A stretch of 64,000 nt of DNA from Takakia lepidozioides (lineage: Eukaryota > Plantae > Bryophyta): NCBI GenBank assembly GCA_030704615.1, contig CM060731.1, positions 57,722,001 through 57,786,000 on the forward strand, read 5' to 3'. The position numbers and the translations under genes are program-made. The notes below the pieces were generated by a model. That model searched no databases. It saw nothing but the letters and a program-made list of their open reading frames with translations, and was not told the origin of the DNA. This document shows positions 12,469 through 24,980 of this stretch, one piece after another. The stretch's first letter is position 1. Every line of letters begins with the position of its first letter.

Positions 12469-12543
12469 GCTGCAATGATGACTAACGAAGCTTTTGGAGC
12501 CCTTTAAGAGGGCGGTGAAGAAATGATGGGTTTTTTGAGCAGC
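12469..12543 (+). ncRNA. Candidate box C/D snoRNA 2 (paralog of 1)
   Basis: Stem GCTGC/GCAGC, perfect C box ATGATGA (12475-81), C'-like GTGAAGA, degenerate D box TTGA; 75 nt. Confidence 0.5.
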
Positions 12544-12624
12544 TACCTCCATCCTCTTTGTACAACGCAGATGAGCATGTACGTTGGAACCACTTGGACA
12601 TAAGGTTAGGCTAGTCTGTTGAAT

Positions 12625-12699
12625 GGCTGCAATGATGATTCACCAACATGATTCTAAGTCAATCTAAAGACAATGAGAATTGTTACATTCTGAGCAGCC
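12625..12699 (+). ncRNA. Candidate box C/D snoRNA 3
   Basis: 6-bp terminal stem GGCTGC/GCAGCC, perfect C box ATGATGA (12632-38), perfect D box CTGA (12690-93); 75 nt. Confidence 0.6.
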
Positions 12700-15636
12700 G
12701 GGAGTGATGGTTGGCTGAATGAGGCTTACCAAAGAGCATGTGAAAGCGCGGCCTAATCCGTCGATTAGGCAACACTAGAGCATGCTTGTGTGACAGAGGG
12801 GGATGCGAGGAAGAGCGTTGCTGTGGGCGAGGGTATGGTGGACTGATGCTTCTGACGTTGTATCTCTCTTCAGTGCTTGGCTTGGCATGTCGAGCTTGTG
12901 TGTGGTGTGGATCTTTTGCAGATTGTGAGTCTCTTATGCTGCTTCCTGTCTGTTTGGATTCCTTGTTGCGGTTTAGGTGTCAAAAACCTTTAGCTATTTT
13001 AGACCTCGCACCACCTCGCACTTCTGGAGGTGGTGTAGTGGTGTTTGCCTTATTCGCATCCAAACTACCAAATCCTTTGGCGATGGAAGCCGCTACTGGA
13101 GAAGTTCAAAGAAAGAAGAATTGTCCCCAACATTGATCATGCAATACAGAACCCATGCAAAACTAGATCCGCTGATCGTTGCAGAAGTACTCTTAAAATG
13201 ACAACAAAACCATACACGGAGACACTGGGCAGAGAATTAGAAGAGTAACAGTAAACACTCGACACACTGAAAATTCGTAGATAATATGCACTTTCCTGGT
13301 GCCGCTGCAGGCCTGTTCAATAGACCCTTCGGTCATCCTAAATTATCAGATGGTCAAACTTGAAAACATGCAGCTGAGGCTTGAGCACTGTGGTTAATTA
13401 CGTGCTCAGATGAGCTCAATCTTTTCATCGCTATAAGATAAAAGGGGACGAATGGACACGGATCTATTAAATTTGTCATCATTGCCGGTAAACAAATTTA
13501 CCAGAGGAGTATATAATGATGATCTGTCGAATTGATCCTAAATTCGTTTTGTACTTGGAAGTATCTGAACGCTCGAAAGCATGTGCGATCAAAGATCTAT
13601 AGACATGATCAAATACTATGCGTATATATGCACACTGGAGACGGAACGGCTCAGAATATTTGCAGTTCCATTATGAACTTGCAGGACAAAGCTGTGAACA
13701 GCAATTGAAGCGAGGCACTGATTGATCGAAGAGAAGAGTACTGGGAGGCTCAATACAAAGCATGTTACAATGATCAGTGCCGATCGAGAATAGGAAAGAC
13801 CTGTACAAGTATACAGACACTATTGAGCAGATAATGAGAAGGCACAATGCCAATATTACCTCACCTGAAGTGAACAACAGACAGCTTGAGAAACCTGTTA
13901 ATTGCTTCCAAGACCGTTGGTGAAGATGATAGATTAAGGCTCTTTCCCGTAATACTAGTTATGTACATGAATCCATCCGCAACTGTTCTCATGAATGCTT
14001 TCAGTCTGGACAAGGCAAAAAGAAGCAACTACCTTCTAGAGCTGATCTTTCCATGGCTGATTTCGCATCGCCCTCTCTGTAAGGGGTGTATGTGCACCTC
14101 GCCATTGCTCTTCATATACCCCTCTCCTGATCGTAGCAGACACATGGCTTTGTGTACTTTAACATAACCTGAACTTAAAAGCATGTTGCTGTTGCGAATA
14201 CAAACATCCTTGCCATGAAGAGAATGTGAGGGGTGGAGACTGCACAGCATTGTAACAGAAAGAGGTCATTATATGACTTAGCCAGCTGATGTGACAAGGA
14301 GAACTGGCTTCAACCTTATTGTCAAAAATAATGAAAAATGCATAGAGTGCATCCGTGAAAGCTATACAGCCGGAAAATGCCAAGAAACAATGTAGGGTAC
14401 TGACTACCGCAATGCCAGGGATTTTGCACACAAATTTCCTCAAAGTTTTTATCCAAAAATCGATTCATGTCAAGGGAGAGGTACCAGTGAGAACCAGAGA
14501 CCTCAAAAAATGCAAACAAAGCACTCAAGAAAAAAAGTTGCCAATTGAAGCATAGCCACCCTCTTCGGGAAAGAAAAATGTTGGTACTCATGAATAACAG
14601 GTGCTGGGCAGCTACGCTTCGACTCTGGACCTGGGTTGCCTGGATTCAGAGCTCTGAAAGACTTCAATTGACTGCAAATGTCCAACTCCTTGGACATGTT
14701 CATTTGTGTAAGAGTTGGGTGTTTCTGGCTTTGAGTTTGGTTGATCAGTGCAAAATACATAAAAACCCCAAAACCCTGCTAACAGAATGCAAATCTGGAA
14801 GCAACCTGGAATATGTATAATGCAAGGTTGGGAGCTCTGCTACAGGGGTTGAGAAAGAGAAACAGACAAGACAGTATCAAATAGTGCTTTCCACTGCCAT
14901 CAGAACCCATGCCCAGGAAGGGAGTCAGAAATTAGAGGTTGAAGAAGATGAGAAAGATTTGGGTACTACTGACTGTCCTGCTTTTCCCCTAGGCTTCTCA
15001 GATTGTGGACATTACCCGACGGTAACCCATGCAAGCATCCCGTCCTAGACAACCCAATTTTTTAACCATCCCACCAAGGTTGTGGCATGACTGTTGTGAA
15101 ACCTCCATCAATTTGAAGTAACTCCTCACTTTTTCTATAATCCTGGCTTAAAATCCGTGATTCATCTAGTTTCCTGAATCCCATGAGAATGAATCTAAAC
15201 CGGAGCTCGCACTAAACGGGTCACATTTGAGGCATATCCCAGACCACGAATCTTATAAGAAACAGTGCCACCTTGTTGATACCATTAGAGCCATACAAAT
15301 AATATAGAGTATGTCCACCTCACCAACAGAAAGTTTCAGCACCAAGGAAGCAGTGATCCTATACCTGCGCTGAAGGGCCAGCTGAACTGGTTACAAAGTT
15401 GTATGATCATAATATAGGTCGACAGAACGTGACATTCACGTTCCATCATGCCTGTTTCATTCAAGCCTTAAACGCCCAGTGCTGGATTTAGAGCTCTGAA
15501 CTCTGAACTTGCAGGGGTCTCTCTCCCAGGCTTCTGCCGTTCACTCGTGAGCCTCCTGCATGGTCAGTCAAGCGTGAGTTGCAGGTGTGAGCATGAAGAA
15601 TATGCGGTGCTCCTCACCGTTAACGCTCAAGGAAGT

Positions 15637-16153
15637 GTAAGGGGGATAGTTCAAAAGAGATTGCGATGCACGTAATGAGGCACCAGAGCACACAGAGGAC
15701 CGCACATAAGATACTCACGCTCGTTCATCCACTAAAGGGCACGGAGAACACACGAATGTACGCCTTTCATCCACCAAATCACCAAAAGACGCTTTACCAG
15801 AGTTCGCCCTAACTTTATACAGCTGATCAGGGGTTATGCCCCAGGCCACGTGCCCACATATTCCAGGGTAGCCGGACTGTCAGTAAGATCGAGCCCTTGA
15901 TAATCCAACGGTGCAGATGCAGCCGCCCTGTACTAGTCTATCCGTATGCCAGCGTATGTTTAACGGCCTGCGCCGGCAAATACATTAAGGGAGGAAGGAT
16001 GCTGTCAGAATCAGGATGAAAAAGTGTAATCTGAGGCCGGGCAGTTATGCAGCATATGGGTTGGGTAACTTACTTGCGGCTGGTAGTCCAGTTGGATAGT
16101 ACACTGTGTGTCACGCCGGTGGTTCGGGGCTCAAAGCCTGCTACTCCGCCCTG
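15637..16153 (-). mobile_element. Possible LTR remnant
   Basis: Starts TGTAAGG on the plus strand, TATAAAG on the minus strand near 15813-15819, purine-rich PPT-like GCAGGGCGGAG on the minus strand at the other end. Termini are imperfect. Confidence 0.3.
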
Positions 16154-16576
16154 CGGGTTTGGTTTGTTTCGAGAAAATGACGAGAGAGAGAACCTAACTG
16201 ACCTGGATGGATGCACGCATCCCAAGTGGATGAATGAATCTTAGATGTCGTGCCTTGTTTTGGCATACGACACGTCCACTTCATCCATCCGGCTCAAGTA
16301 AGATGATTCCATCCATTATACATCTACATTCTTTTGGACAGATTACATCCATCAACCACACGTGCTCTAGCAAATCGCTGCCGCACAGAGACGCACAGTC
16401 GTTCATGTCTTGACTATGACCTAAGCTCCAGAGGTAAGCATCACCTGGATGAGTACGCGTTCATCCAGTTCATCCAGTATGAGCCGCACTTGAATGTCAA
16501 GGTGGAGAGGGTGACGTGTCTTTGTGACGCGTTCAGTTTAATATAATGTCAACCTTGTAGGGTCTCGCTTGGTAAC

Positions 16577-16651
16577 GCTACAATGATTACTAAACTTGAG
16601 CTCAAAGCCCTTACTGAGGGCGGTGAAGAGATCTTTGGACATTTGAGCAGC
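16577..16651 (+). ncRNA. Duplicate of candidate snoRNA 1
   Basis: GCTAC-A-ATGATTA...internal CTGA (D') GGGCG GTGAAGA (C')...TTGA-GCAGC. Confidence 0.4.
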
Positions 16652-16972
16652 TACCTCTTTCCTCTTTTTTACAACACAGATATTGAAAGTATTTGGAACT
16701 GTTGTCAATTCTGCAAGTACGGGCTTATGCTGGAAGTCTATTGAAAAAGATACGTTCTAAGCGTCATGCGATCAATCTCATCACCTTCTTGAAAGGTTGG
16801 TTCTTTGTAGGCAACTAGAACATAAACCTTCCTCGTCTTTTGAAGCCAAGAGAATCTGCTTGCATGACTCTTGCAAGCTTTCGTTTGCCATGCATCCGTT
16901 TTGCGGTGCAGAGGCATCGTCTCCATTTGGGATGGATGTTTGATGATAGAGAGAGCATGCTCCCATGGTACT

Positions 16973-17051
16973 GCTGCAATGATGACTAACGCCATTGTCA
17001 TTCGAAGCCCTTTAAGAGGGCGGTGACGAACATGATGTAGATTTGAGCAGC
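16973..17051 (+). ncRNA. Duplicate of candidate snoRNA 2
   Basis: GCTGC-A-ATGATGA...GTGACGA...TTGA-GCAGC. Confidence 0.4.
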
Positions 17052-19218
17052 TACCTCCATATTTTTGCAACGCGGATGACCATCTAGATTGGAACGACTT
17101 GAACGTCAGGTTAGGCTAGGTCGTTGAATGGTTGCAATGATGAGCTTGTGGTGAACATGAATCTAAGTCACTGCACTGCGCCACTTTGAATCATGTTCAA
17201 TTTCACCACTAGATAATCACCACTGCACCACCTCGAGTGCGAGGTGGTGCGAGGTCTAAAAAGGCTGAAGGTGAAACTGACACCTATACCGCAACAAGGA
17301 ATCCAAACAGACAGAAACAGCTCAGTCAAAACTGGAAAAAATAGAAGACAAATGGCATCTGCAAACGCAATCAAAAAATCTAGACCACAAGCTGGACATG
17401 CCAAGCACTGAAGAGAGACAACGTCAGAAGACCCACTCCAACCATTCCCTCGCCCACAGCGCCGCTCTTATCGCCCTCTCTGTCACACAGCATGCTCTAG
17501 TGTTGCCTAATCGACGGATGACGTCGCGCTTTCACATGCTCTTTGGTAAGCCTCATCCAGTATCACTAATCACAGCCAATCATCACTCCCGGCTGCTCAG
17601 ACTGTAGCATTTCTCGTTGTCTTTAGAAAAGAAGCAAATACCTTTTAGTGCTAATCTTTCCATGACTGGTTTTGGCAGACGAGTGTATGTGCACCTCGCC
17701 ATCTCTTCATATAAGTACCCCCTCTCCAGATCGTACTGCCTGAGACACATGGCTTTGTGTGCTTTTACATAATCTGAACTTAAAAGCATGTTGCTGTTGC
17801 GAATACAAACATCCTTGCCATGAAGAGAATGTGAGGGGTGGAAACTGAACAGCATCGTAACAGAAAAAGGTCATTATATGAGTTAGCCAGCTGATGTGAC
17901 AAGGAGAACCGGCTTCGACCTTATTGTCCAAAATGATGAAAAATGCAGATCCGTTAAAGTTATACAGCCGGAAAATGCCACCATGCAAGAAGCAATGAAG
18001 GGTATTGACTACCGTAATGCCAGGAATTTTGCACACAAATTTCCTCAAGGTTTTATCCAAAAAGCGATTGTCAAGGGAGGGGTACTAGTGAGAACCAGAG
18101 ACCTCCAAAAAAGCAAACAAAGCACAAATTGAAGCATAGCCACCCTCTTCCTAAAAGAAAAATGTTGGTACCTCGTTGGTACTCATGGATTACAGGTGCT
18201 GGGCAGCTACGCTTGACTCTGGACCTGGGTTGCCAGGATTCAGAGCTCTGAAAGACTTCCAAATGACTGCAAATGTCCAACTCCCTGGACATATTCCCAC
18301 AGTTGGATCATTTGTGTAAGAGTGTTTCTGGCTTTGAGTTTGGTTGATCAGTGCAGCATACATCAAAACCCCAAACCCTGCTTTGAAAGCAACCTGGAAT
18401 ATGGATAATGCAAGGTTGGGAGCTCTGTTACTGTTACAGCGGTTGAGAAAGAGAAATAGACAAGACCGTATCAAACAGCGCTTTCCACTGCCATCCCTCT
18501 GCCATCAGAACCCATGCCCAGGAAGGGAGTCAGAAATTAGACTCAGTTGAAGAAGATGAGAGAGATGTGGGTACTACTGACTGTCCAGCTTTACCTTTCC
18601 CTAGGCTCCCAGCTCAGATTGTGGACATTACCCTTTAGGGTCCAATCCCTTGGGGCAACCTTAGTAAGCATCCCGTCCCATACAACCCAATTTTTTAACC
18701 ATCCCACCAAGGTTGTGGCCTGACTGTTGTGAAACCTCCATCAATTTGAAGTAACTCCTCGTGCTGTTGGCTCACCCACTTGTTGGGTCACGTGTTCGTG
18801 CTCACGATGAGCATCACTGATTTGAACCCACATTCTTTCTGGGAATGGGGGGGGCGCAAGAGACCCATGCAACAAATTTGCTGATTACTTACTGGCCTTC
18901 GGTTGGACGAAGTTATTTTAGTTTATCTCAAATTGCAGGGCCAGCCATCTTATCTGCACAGCTGCTCTAATGTCATTGGCTGAGCTCCCTCTGTTTTGAA
19001 ATGAAGGGAATGCATCCACAAAACTTCTAACTACACACCGAGAGAGACAGAAAGAAAGAAAGAGAGAGAGAGAGTTTGTGAAGAGAATTGCATGAGATCG
19101 GTGGTGGATTGATGAATGGCGGAAGGCTGCATGGCGTAATTGGAAGTGAAGCTCCAGCTGCTCCAGCGGGTCTCATCATGTGAAAGCATTATCCGCAGGG
19201 ATCACACACCATCAAACG

Positions 19219-19917
19219 ATGCATCTCTGCACCGCATCTCGCGTAGTTCCTAGTGCAGTGGTAGGCGGTAATGTTACAATTCTAGCAAAGGCACCGGTGG
19301 CTGTCACAGGGGTTCATAGAGGACACTGTCCTCTGAGACCTTCGTCTCTCTCGTTCTCGGCTACTTTCAGTTCCTGCAAGTGCATACTGTTCCTGGATAT
19401 GGTGGCCAAATTGAAGAAGCCTGGGAGAAGAAGAGGTGCAGGCGTAGAAGCTCGCATTGAGCAGTTCTCATCGGATGACTTTGAGGTGCAGCGATTGCTT
19501 GGTTCCTATGGCTATATCAACGTTTCCAGGTACTTTGCATGCTATTTCTTGCCAACTTTGTATTCCGATTGTCTGTCCTGTTTGTGATTCAACTGAGTAC
19601 ACAGTGAACTTCCCTTCAGCTATTTCGAACTGGATTTTGGTCCTTCATCTGATTCTGCGCAGCAGGCTCCCCTTGACCTATTTCGAAACTGGATTTTTGG
19701 TCGTCCATTTGGTTCCCTGGATTTTTTCTGAGGTGGCATTGTAGCTGCGCAGCTGCCCCCAGAGCCTGAACTACAAAAGATTGGCTATTTCTGCCTAGTA
19801 TTTGTCAGTCGGATAGTGTCTCGTTGCCCCTGTCTCTCTTTCTATCTTGCTAATGCCACTGAAAATTCCTTCAATTTTTACTAACAGTTTAGATATCTGT
19901 TAATTTAGGGTTTTACA

Positions 19918-19971
<54 letters not shown>

Positions 19972-22900
19972 GAAATGAAATGATATGGTGCTTTATAACG
20001 TCCGCAGAAAGCTCATAGAGCTTATGGGACAAAATGGAAGGAAGAACATGAGAGAAAATAGGAAAACCAGAGTCAGAGAAAAGAACTATTCGAGTGATTG
20101 TCTCAGGGTGAATGCCTCGTGCAGGTAGGCTGCCAAACATTTCTGATCCTCATAGTGGAAGACTTCAGTGAGAGATTGGGTTCCACGGAATAGACAATGG
20201 AATCTCCCACGGATCTCATAGTATAGGGGGCAATAGAAGAAGTGTTCTTCAGTTTCAATTTCCTGGTTGCGCCCTGTGCAAGCAGGACATAGGAGAGAGA
20301 AAAGAAAATACTTTCAATACTTCTACTGGAGGCAGAGAAGATAGAAGATAGAGAAACATTCATCATCCACTGGGCTATCCAAGGGCATGGAGAGAAAAGA
20401 GAGAGGTGTCTGACTGGCATTCCTGCAGTTACACCCCCCCACAACCTGGAAGCATCTATGGGGGTGGTACCGGTGAGAACTCACCATCAGGCTTCGATCG
20501 GAGGGATGTGACACGAATGAGTGGGCAGGAGGTTGGTGAAGGGAGTGTGCAAACCAGGTACTCCACCGCCTTGGTTCTCTCCCTTCGTATTTCTCTTCAT
20601 TAACACAAGTCGGTGCTCATCAAACAATTTTTTTTTTCGGTCAGTATCTAAGTGAGCGCTGGTTTATATTTTGGAAATAGTGGGAGGAGTAGTGATAACA
20701 ATAGAGGGTGTCAGCCTGCCTGCAGGTTGTATGCAGGGCGCATAGCCAGAGGCTATCGAATGGGCACTCGTGTCATTCTCAAGGTTAATGATGTGTCTCT
20801 CACCTCTCAGGGATATTTCTGTTGAGCCACATAATCTGAGCAATGTACCATTGGTTACTTTGATTGGTCGAGTGACTTGATAAATTGTTCTTGCAAATGT
20901 TTGTTCGTACTGTAGAGAAATATGTAAGAAGAAAGAAATGAGGAGAGAGAGGAACTGACAAATGATCCACTGTTTCTCATCATAACTGTTTGCACAAGAT
21001 AAATCTGTGAATCTGATTTGTTATGATTTAGGTTATGGCTCCGGTCTCTGACACGCCATTGTGTGTTTGCTGCAGGCATACCCAGCACTGACAACACGAG
21101 GCACTGATGCAGATGTGATGGCTGCCAATGAGCTTTCCACTCATGCTATTCTTCAGGTTAAGAAGCTGACAATTACTGGTGATTGGTCGCAGAATTAGGT
21201 GTTCTGCCACTTCAGGCTGGAGGCCAGCATCGCCTCTCGATGTCACAGCAAATAGATTGTAGTCACTTACCCACTGGCCAGCATAGCAAATTATAGACAG
21301 AGACATCTCAAAGAAGCTATTTGATGTTCATTCTAAATCTAGTTGGAGAGATTCAAGCATAAGATGTACTCATGAGACTTTGTTTGCTGTAGCCTTCCAT
21401 TGACCCCGTGTCCAGTTTGGGTGGAACAAGAGGGAATAGACACTAACTGTGAGGGGCTCACTCCACTAGTGGGACTTACTTTGGTATAAACAACTTCTTC
21501 GGGCTTTCCAGGCCAGATTCAAGCATCAGATTTCAGTGTGTGTGCACCAGCTGGTTGAGATGAGAGGTTTGTGTTTGGATACCCAAAAAATCTTGAGAGT
21601 ATATAGTTTTACCTTCCTCTTGATCCAATTGATGGTGCTCAGAAGTGTTTTCAGGTGCGTATGCTAGTTCTAAGCACTCATCAGAGTACATTTCTTCCTT
21701 GCAGGATCCTTCACAACAGGATGAATTAGAGAATGTCGTATATCTCTATGGTGGATTCCAAACAAGGACAGGAGAGCAGGTACAATGACTCTGAGTCCCC
21801 TCTTTCCACTGATTTGACTTGAGGAAATAAGATTTGAGTTCAGTTTCATATCCTCACACAGGGTTTTCCCAATGAGGATATATTTCAGCATGATCATGAC
21901 ATGGAAGAGGATCTTGCAATTTTTTCCTTAACAAGCCAATCAGGAGAAAGTGTGGTCTGTTTTCTGTTAATCTCTATTGCATTTTAGAGCCTGTTTATCA
22001 GAAGGCTAAGAATCCCCTGAACTTTCCGAAAGCTCAAGGTTAGCACTTGAATCCACCTTGTGGACATAATACATCTAAGCCAAGGGATAATGGGATTTGC
22101 TGTGTTCTCCTAGAGCAGTGGTTGGTGTTCCGAGACGATGGCAAAATAACGGCTGCAGATTATGCCAAAGCTGCTGCTGAAGCTACTACAGAGGGTCGTG
22201 CGGTTGGGGAATGGGAATTCTGGGACCGCTTTGACAAGACCAGGCCAATTAAGAGGCGTCTTAACTTCATCACAAAGCTGCTGCGGGGGGCATTTGAAGG
22301 GCTTGCTTTCATGCATGCGCGTGGCCGTCTCCATCAGAGTCTTGGGCCTGCATCGGTTATCATCAAGTGTGCCCTTGTTTCTATCTCAGAACCTCCTTCT
22401 CTATTGGTTCTGCAGTTCTGTGTGTGTATCTTACTTCCTCTCCTGTTTGCCTCTTTTGGTTGTTCACCCTATTAGCTTTCTTTCTTATTCTTTCTTTCTT
22501 TCTTTCTGTCTTTAAATAAGAGCACAAAGAGCTGAAGGGTGAAGGTGTGGAGGAGGAGACAGCAAAGGAAGATCTAGCTGTGAACCACATTTGGAAAGAC
22601 CTATTCTACTGGAAATGACATGTACTTATGGGAGGACTGTGGGCAGCACAATGGAGGAGAGGGAGGCAAAGTTTTTGGTGCCTCGATTACGTGATCTTGC
22701 TTTTTCTACTGATGTGAGGTAACTCGTAAGTTGCTGCCTCATCTCTTCACATCCATTGCGATTGCTTTTGCACTTGCACATAGCATTGGGCTGTAATGTT
22801 TTATTTTAGAATCTTGGCTTCTCATGCTCAAGGAAAAAGTAAGTCACAAGAGGGGTCAGTGGCAGTGACCCGGCGATCTTGGGAGGGGCGACACTTGAGG

Positions 22901-24980
22901 AGCTTTGGGAAAGACGGGTGAGCAGTGGGGGTTCTGAGGCACGTGATTCCGTGATTGACCCAGCAGTTGCGGCGCTGTCCGAGGGATTGTGGAAACGCGC
23001 AACGATGGCCGGGGCTCGAATGGCAATGGAACGCAAGGCCTTTGGGATCGCGGATGACATGTCAGCTTTCATTTTAAAAATGAAACTGTTACTTGCTTAG
23101 AGGAGCCTAAACTATGATATACGACATCTGGACCTGTCTTCTACTCGGTCATTCAGATGTTAGAGAAGGCAATGAGATCGCATGATATCATGAGAAACAA
23201 GTAGCCCTTGCATTGGGACAACCCAGAAGCTACCAACAAGAAGCTTGAGAGAACTGGCAGTCTACCTCCGCTCCTTTAGTTTCTGAAATATAAAAGATTG
23301 AGATTGCAACAATACTACTGTCTCATTTGCTAATTGGGTCCAAAAGGATTTGAATTGTATTTTCCAAACTTGGTCAGCTCTTTAGTAAATGTACATATGA
23401 TTTATTTTACAGGTACAGTCATGAGTGTATAGCCCTAACTCGTTTTTGGTTCATTGGCAGCTACGCAGGGGGGTTGTTGCTGGCATACATGGTCTTCGTG
23501 CCGCTTTGTGAGGTGGGCAGCATTGATGGCCCATCAATCCAGGTAACTAACGTGCAAACTGATTGTTGCACTCCAACGAAGAGTGTCACATTTTTCCTTA
23601 ATTCATCCAATATCATCCAATGTCTCTCTATTAACAGGTAGTAATCACATCTATGGCCAATATGTTTCTTCTCATCATGTTGTCTATGCCAGCTCCCAAC
23701 TAACTCCAGGAGGGTTAATATCTCTGAGGGAGATTTCTGTGAAGGGATACTCCTGTTGAGGTTGCAGACCCCAGTATTTCCTGACTAACACTTCACTTCC
23801 TGGGAAGAAAAACGCTTTATTTGCATTAATTTGAGACAATTGTTGAATCCGCTCAAGCATTCATGTTATTGTACCTTTTATATTGGGGATGCTGGGTTCA
23901 GTCAATGAGCGGTGTGTTTGGGTTACTTGCAGAGACTTCTGGAGAGCACATTCCGGCTTGATGTCGCTGCAGCCCGAGAGTAAGCAATCTCTCTCTCGCT
24001 CTTGTTCTACTTTCTCACACCTAGTCGTATTTGGAAAGCAATTTGGTCCCATAGACTCTTCACTCTCTCTTTGTTTGTTATGCTTTCCTCTCCCATGAGC
24101 TCTTTACGCTAGCTATGGATGTCATTGAGTCCTTTCTTTCTTTTCTTCTTTCCCGTCATTTTTCTGTGTCCTGCCTGTTTGTTCAACCATGCGAAATCTA
24201 TCATGTGTGCTCTACAACTTCCCAGTATAATGGGAGTTCCCATGGTCACTGCTCTTAAAGTTGGGACCTGTGGAGACAAACAACATTCGCAAGTATTTGG
24301 TGGGGCAGGTATTGTGAAGCTGATGACCGGTGGACCAATGCTGTGAAGTTTCTCGATCTGGATGATGGTGCAGGCTGGCAGCTGCTTCAGGTATGTGTCC
24401 TTTGGAGATTTCATTTTGCGGGGGCAGGGTTGGATTCAAACCAACGTTTGTGTACCTTCAATGCCTGATTGGCCAGAGGGTTTGCAACCTCCATATAGGC
24501 TAGACACCTCAGTAGAACAGAAGGACCGCTGGTGTTATGAAGTGATATGACCAATTGTGACATATCCATGTACGAGCAGTTGGCCCGGGGCTCTTAAATT
24601 GTAAGTACACAGTGCCCCTTTCATGTTGTGGAGGGGCCTTCTATGTCACAGGAAAGTATCCACCTGGTAGGCTCGAGGGTTGATCGAAACAGGTAACCAT
24701 GCAAGAATTAGTTTGGATTATTAGTTTGGGTTTATGTCTCACATCAAAGATTGGGATGTCCCTCATATAGGAGGAAAGGATAACACTAATTGCGTACACA
24801 TAAGTTGCTGGACATCCGTATCTTGATCTTGACAGGATGTTACATACAGATTGTTATGGAAGATGATGAGATCCTGCTTTTGCTGCATGGCAGGCGATGC
24901 TCAATCCCGACTACAGGCAACGCCCCACAGCTGAAGCTGTGTTGAGTCACCGTTTCATGACAGGCGCCGTCCTTGAATAA
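19219..24980 (+). CDS. Protein kinase-like protein, probably plastid-targeted (STN7/STN8/ORG1-like architecture), likely a pseudokinase
   Basis: 12 in-phase GT-AG exons: 19219-19529, 20429-20557, 20726-20783, 21076-21156, 21705-21779, 22119-22366, 22647-22718, 22866-23060, 23461-23542, 23933-23979, 24309-24390, 24894-24980. Motifs: Ser/Ala-rich transit-like N-terminus, RVILK, AANE, EQWLVF, GLAFMHARGRLHQSLGPASV, RLRDLAFS, DDIYAGGLLL, AGWQLLQAML..RQRPTAEAVLSHRF. Confidence 0.88.
19921..19967. repeat. (GA)n microsatellite
   Basis: About 23 GA units directly abutting the LINE tail. Confidence 0.95.
19967..20290 (-). mobile_element. LINE 3' fragment in kinase intron 1, family copy 3
   Basis: Near-identical to 7896-8230, with a (TTTCA)n tail. 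Confidence 0.85.

Larger units (their letters stand above)
10433..15128. repeat. Segmental duplication, copy A (paralog of 16171-18760)
   Basis: Shared blocks: 10433-10528/16171-16261 direct; 10531-10742/16269-16496 inverted; 12022-12661/16535-17170 direct; 12663-13045/17215-17626 inverted; 14018-15128/17626-18760 direct. Confidence 0.9.
16171..18760. repeat. Segmental duplication, copy B (shorter; two segments inverted relative to copy A)
   Basis: See copy A. Lacks equivalents of about 10790-12020 and about 13045-14015. Confidence 0.9.

Noticed and set aside
12714-12750. Hammerhead-like CTGA..GA...GAAA
   Set aside because: Core spacing is wrong, stem II is poor, and the motif is not kept in the paralog.
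12790-12870. miR156/529/535-like TGACAGA/AGAAGA starts
   Set aside because: Only a few matching bases and no good precursor hairpin.
13680-13960. Possible decayed gag ('DDRLRLFPVIL')
   Set aside because: A single short motif with many stops; not enough support.
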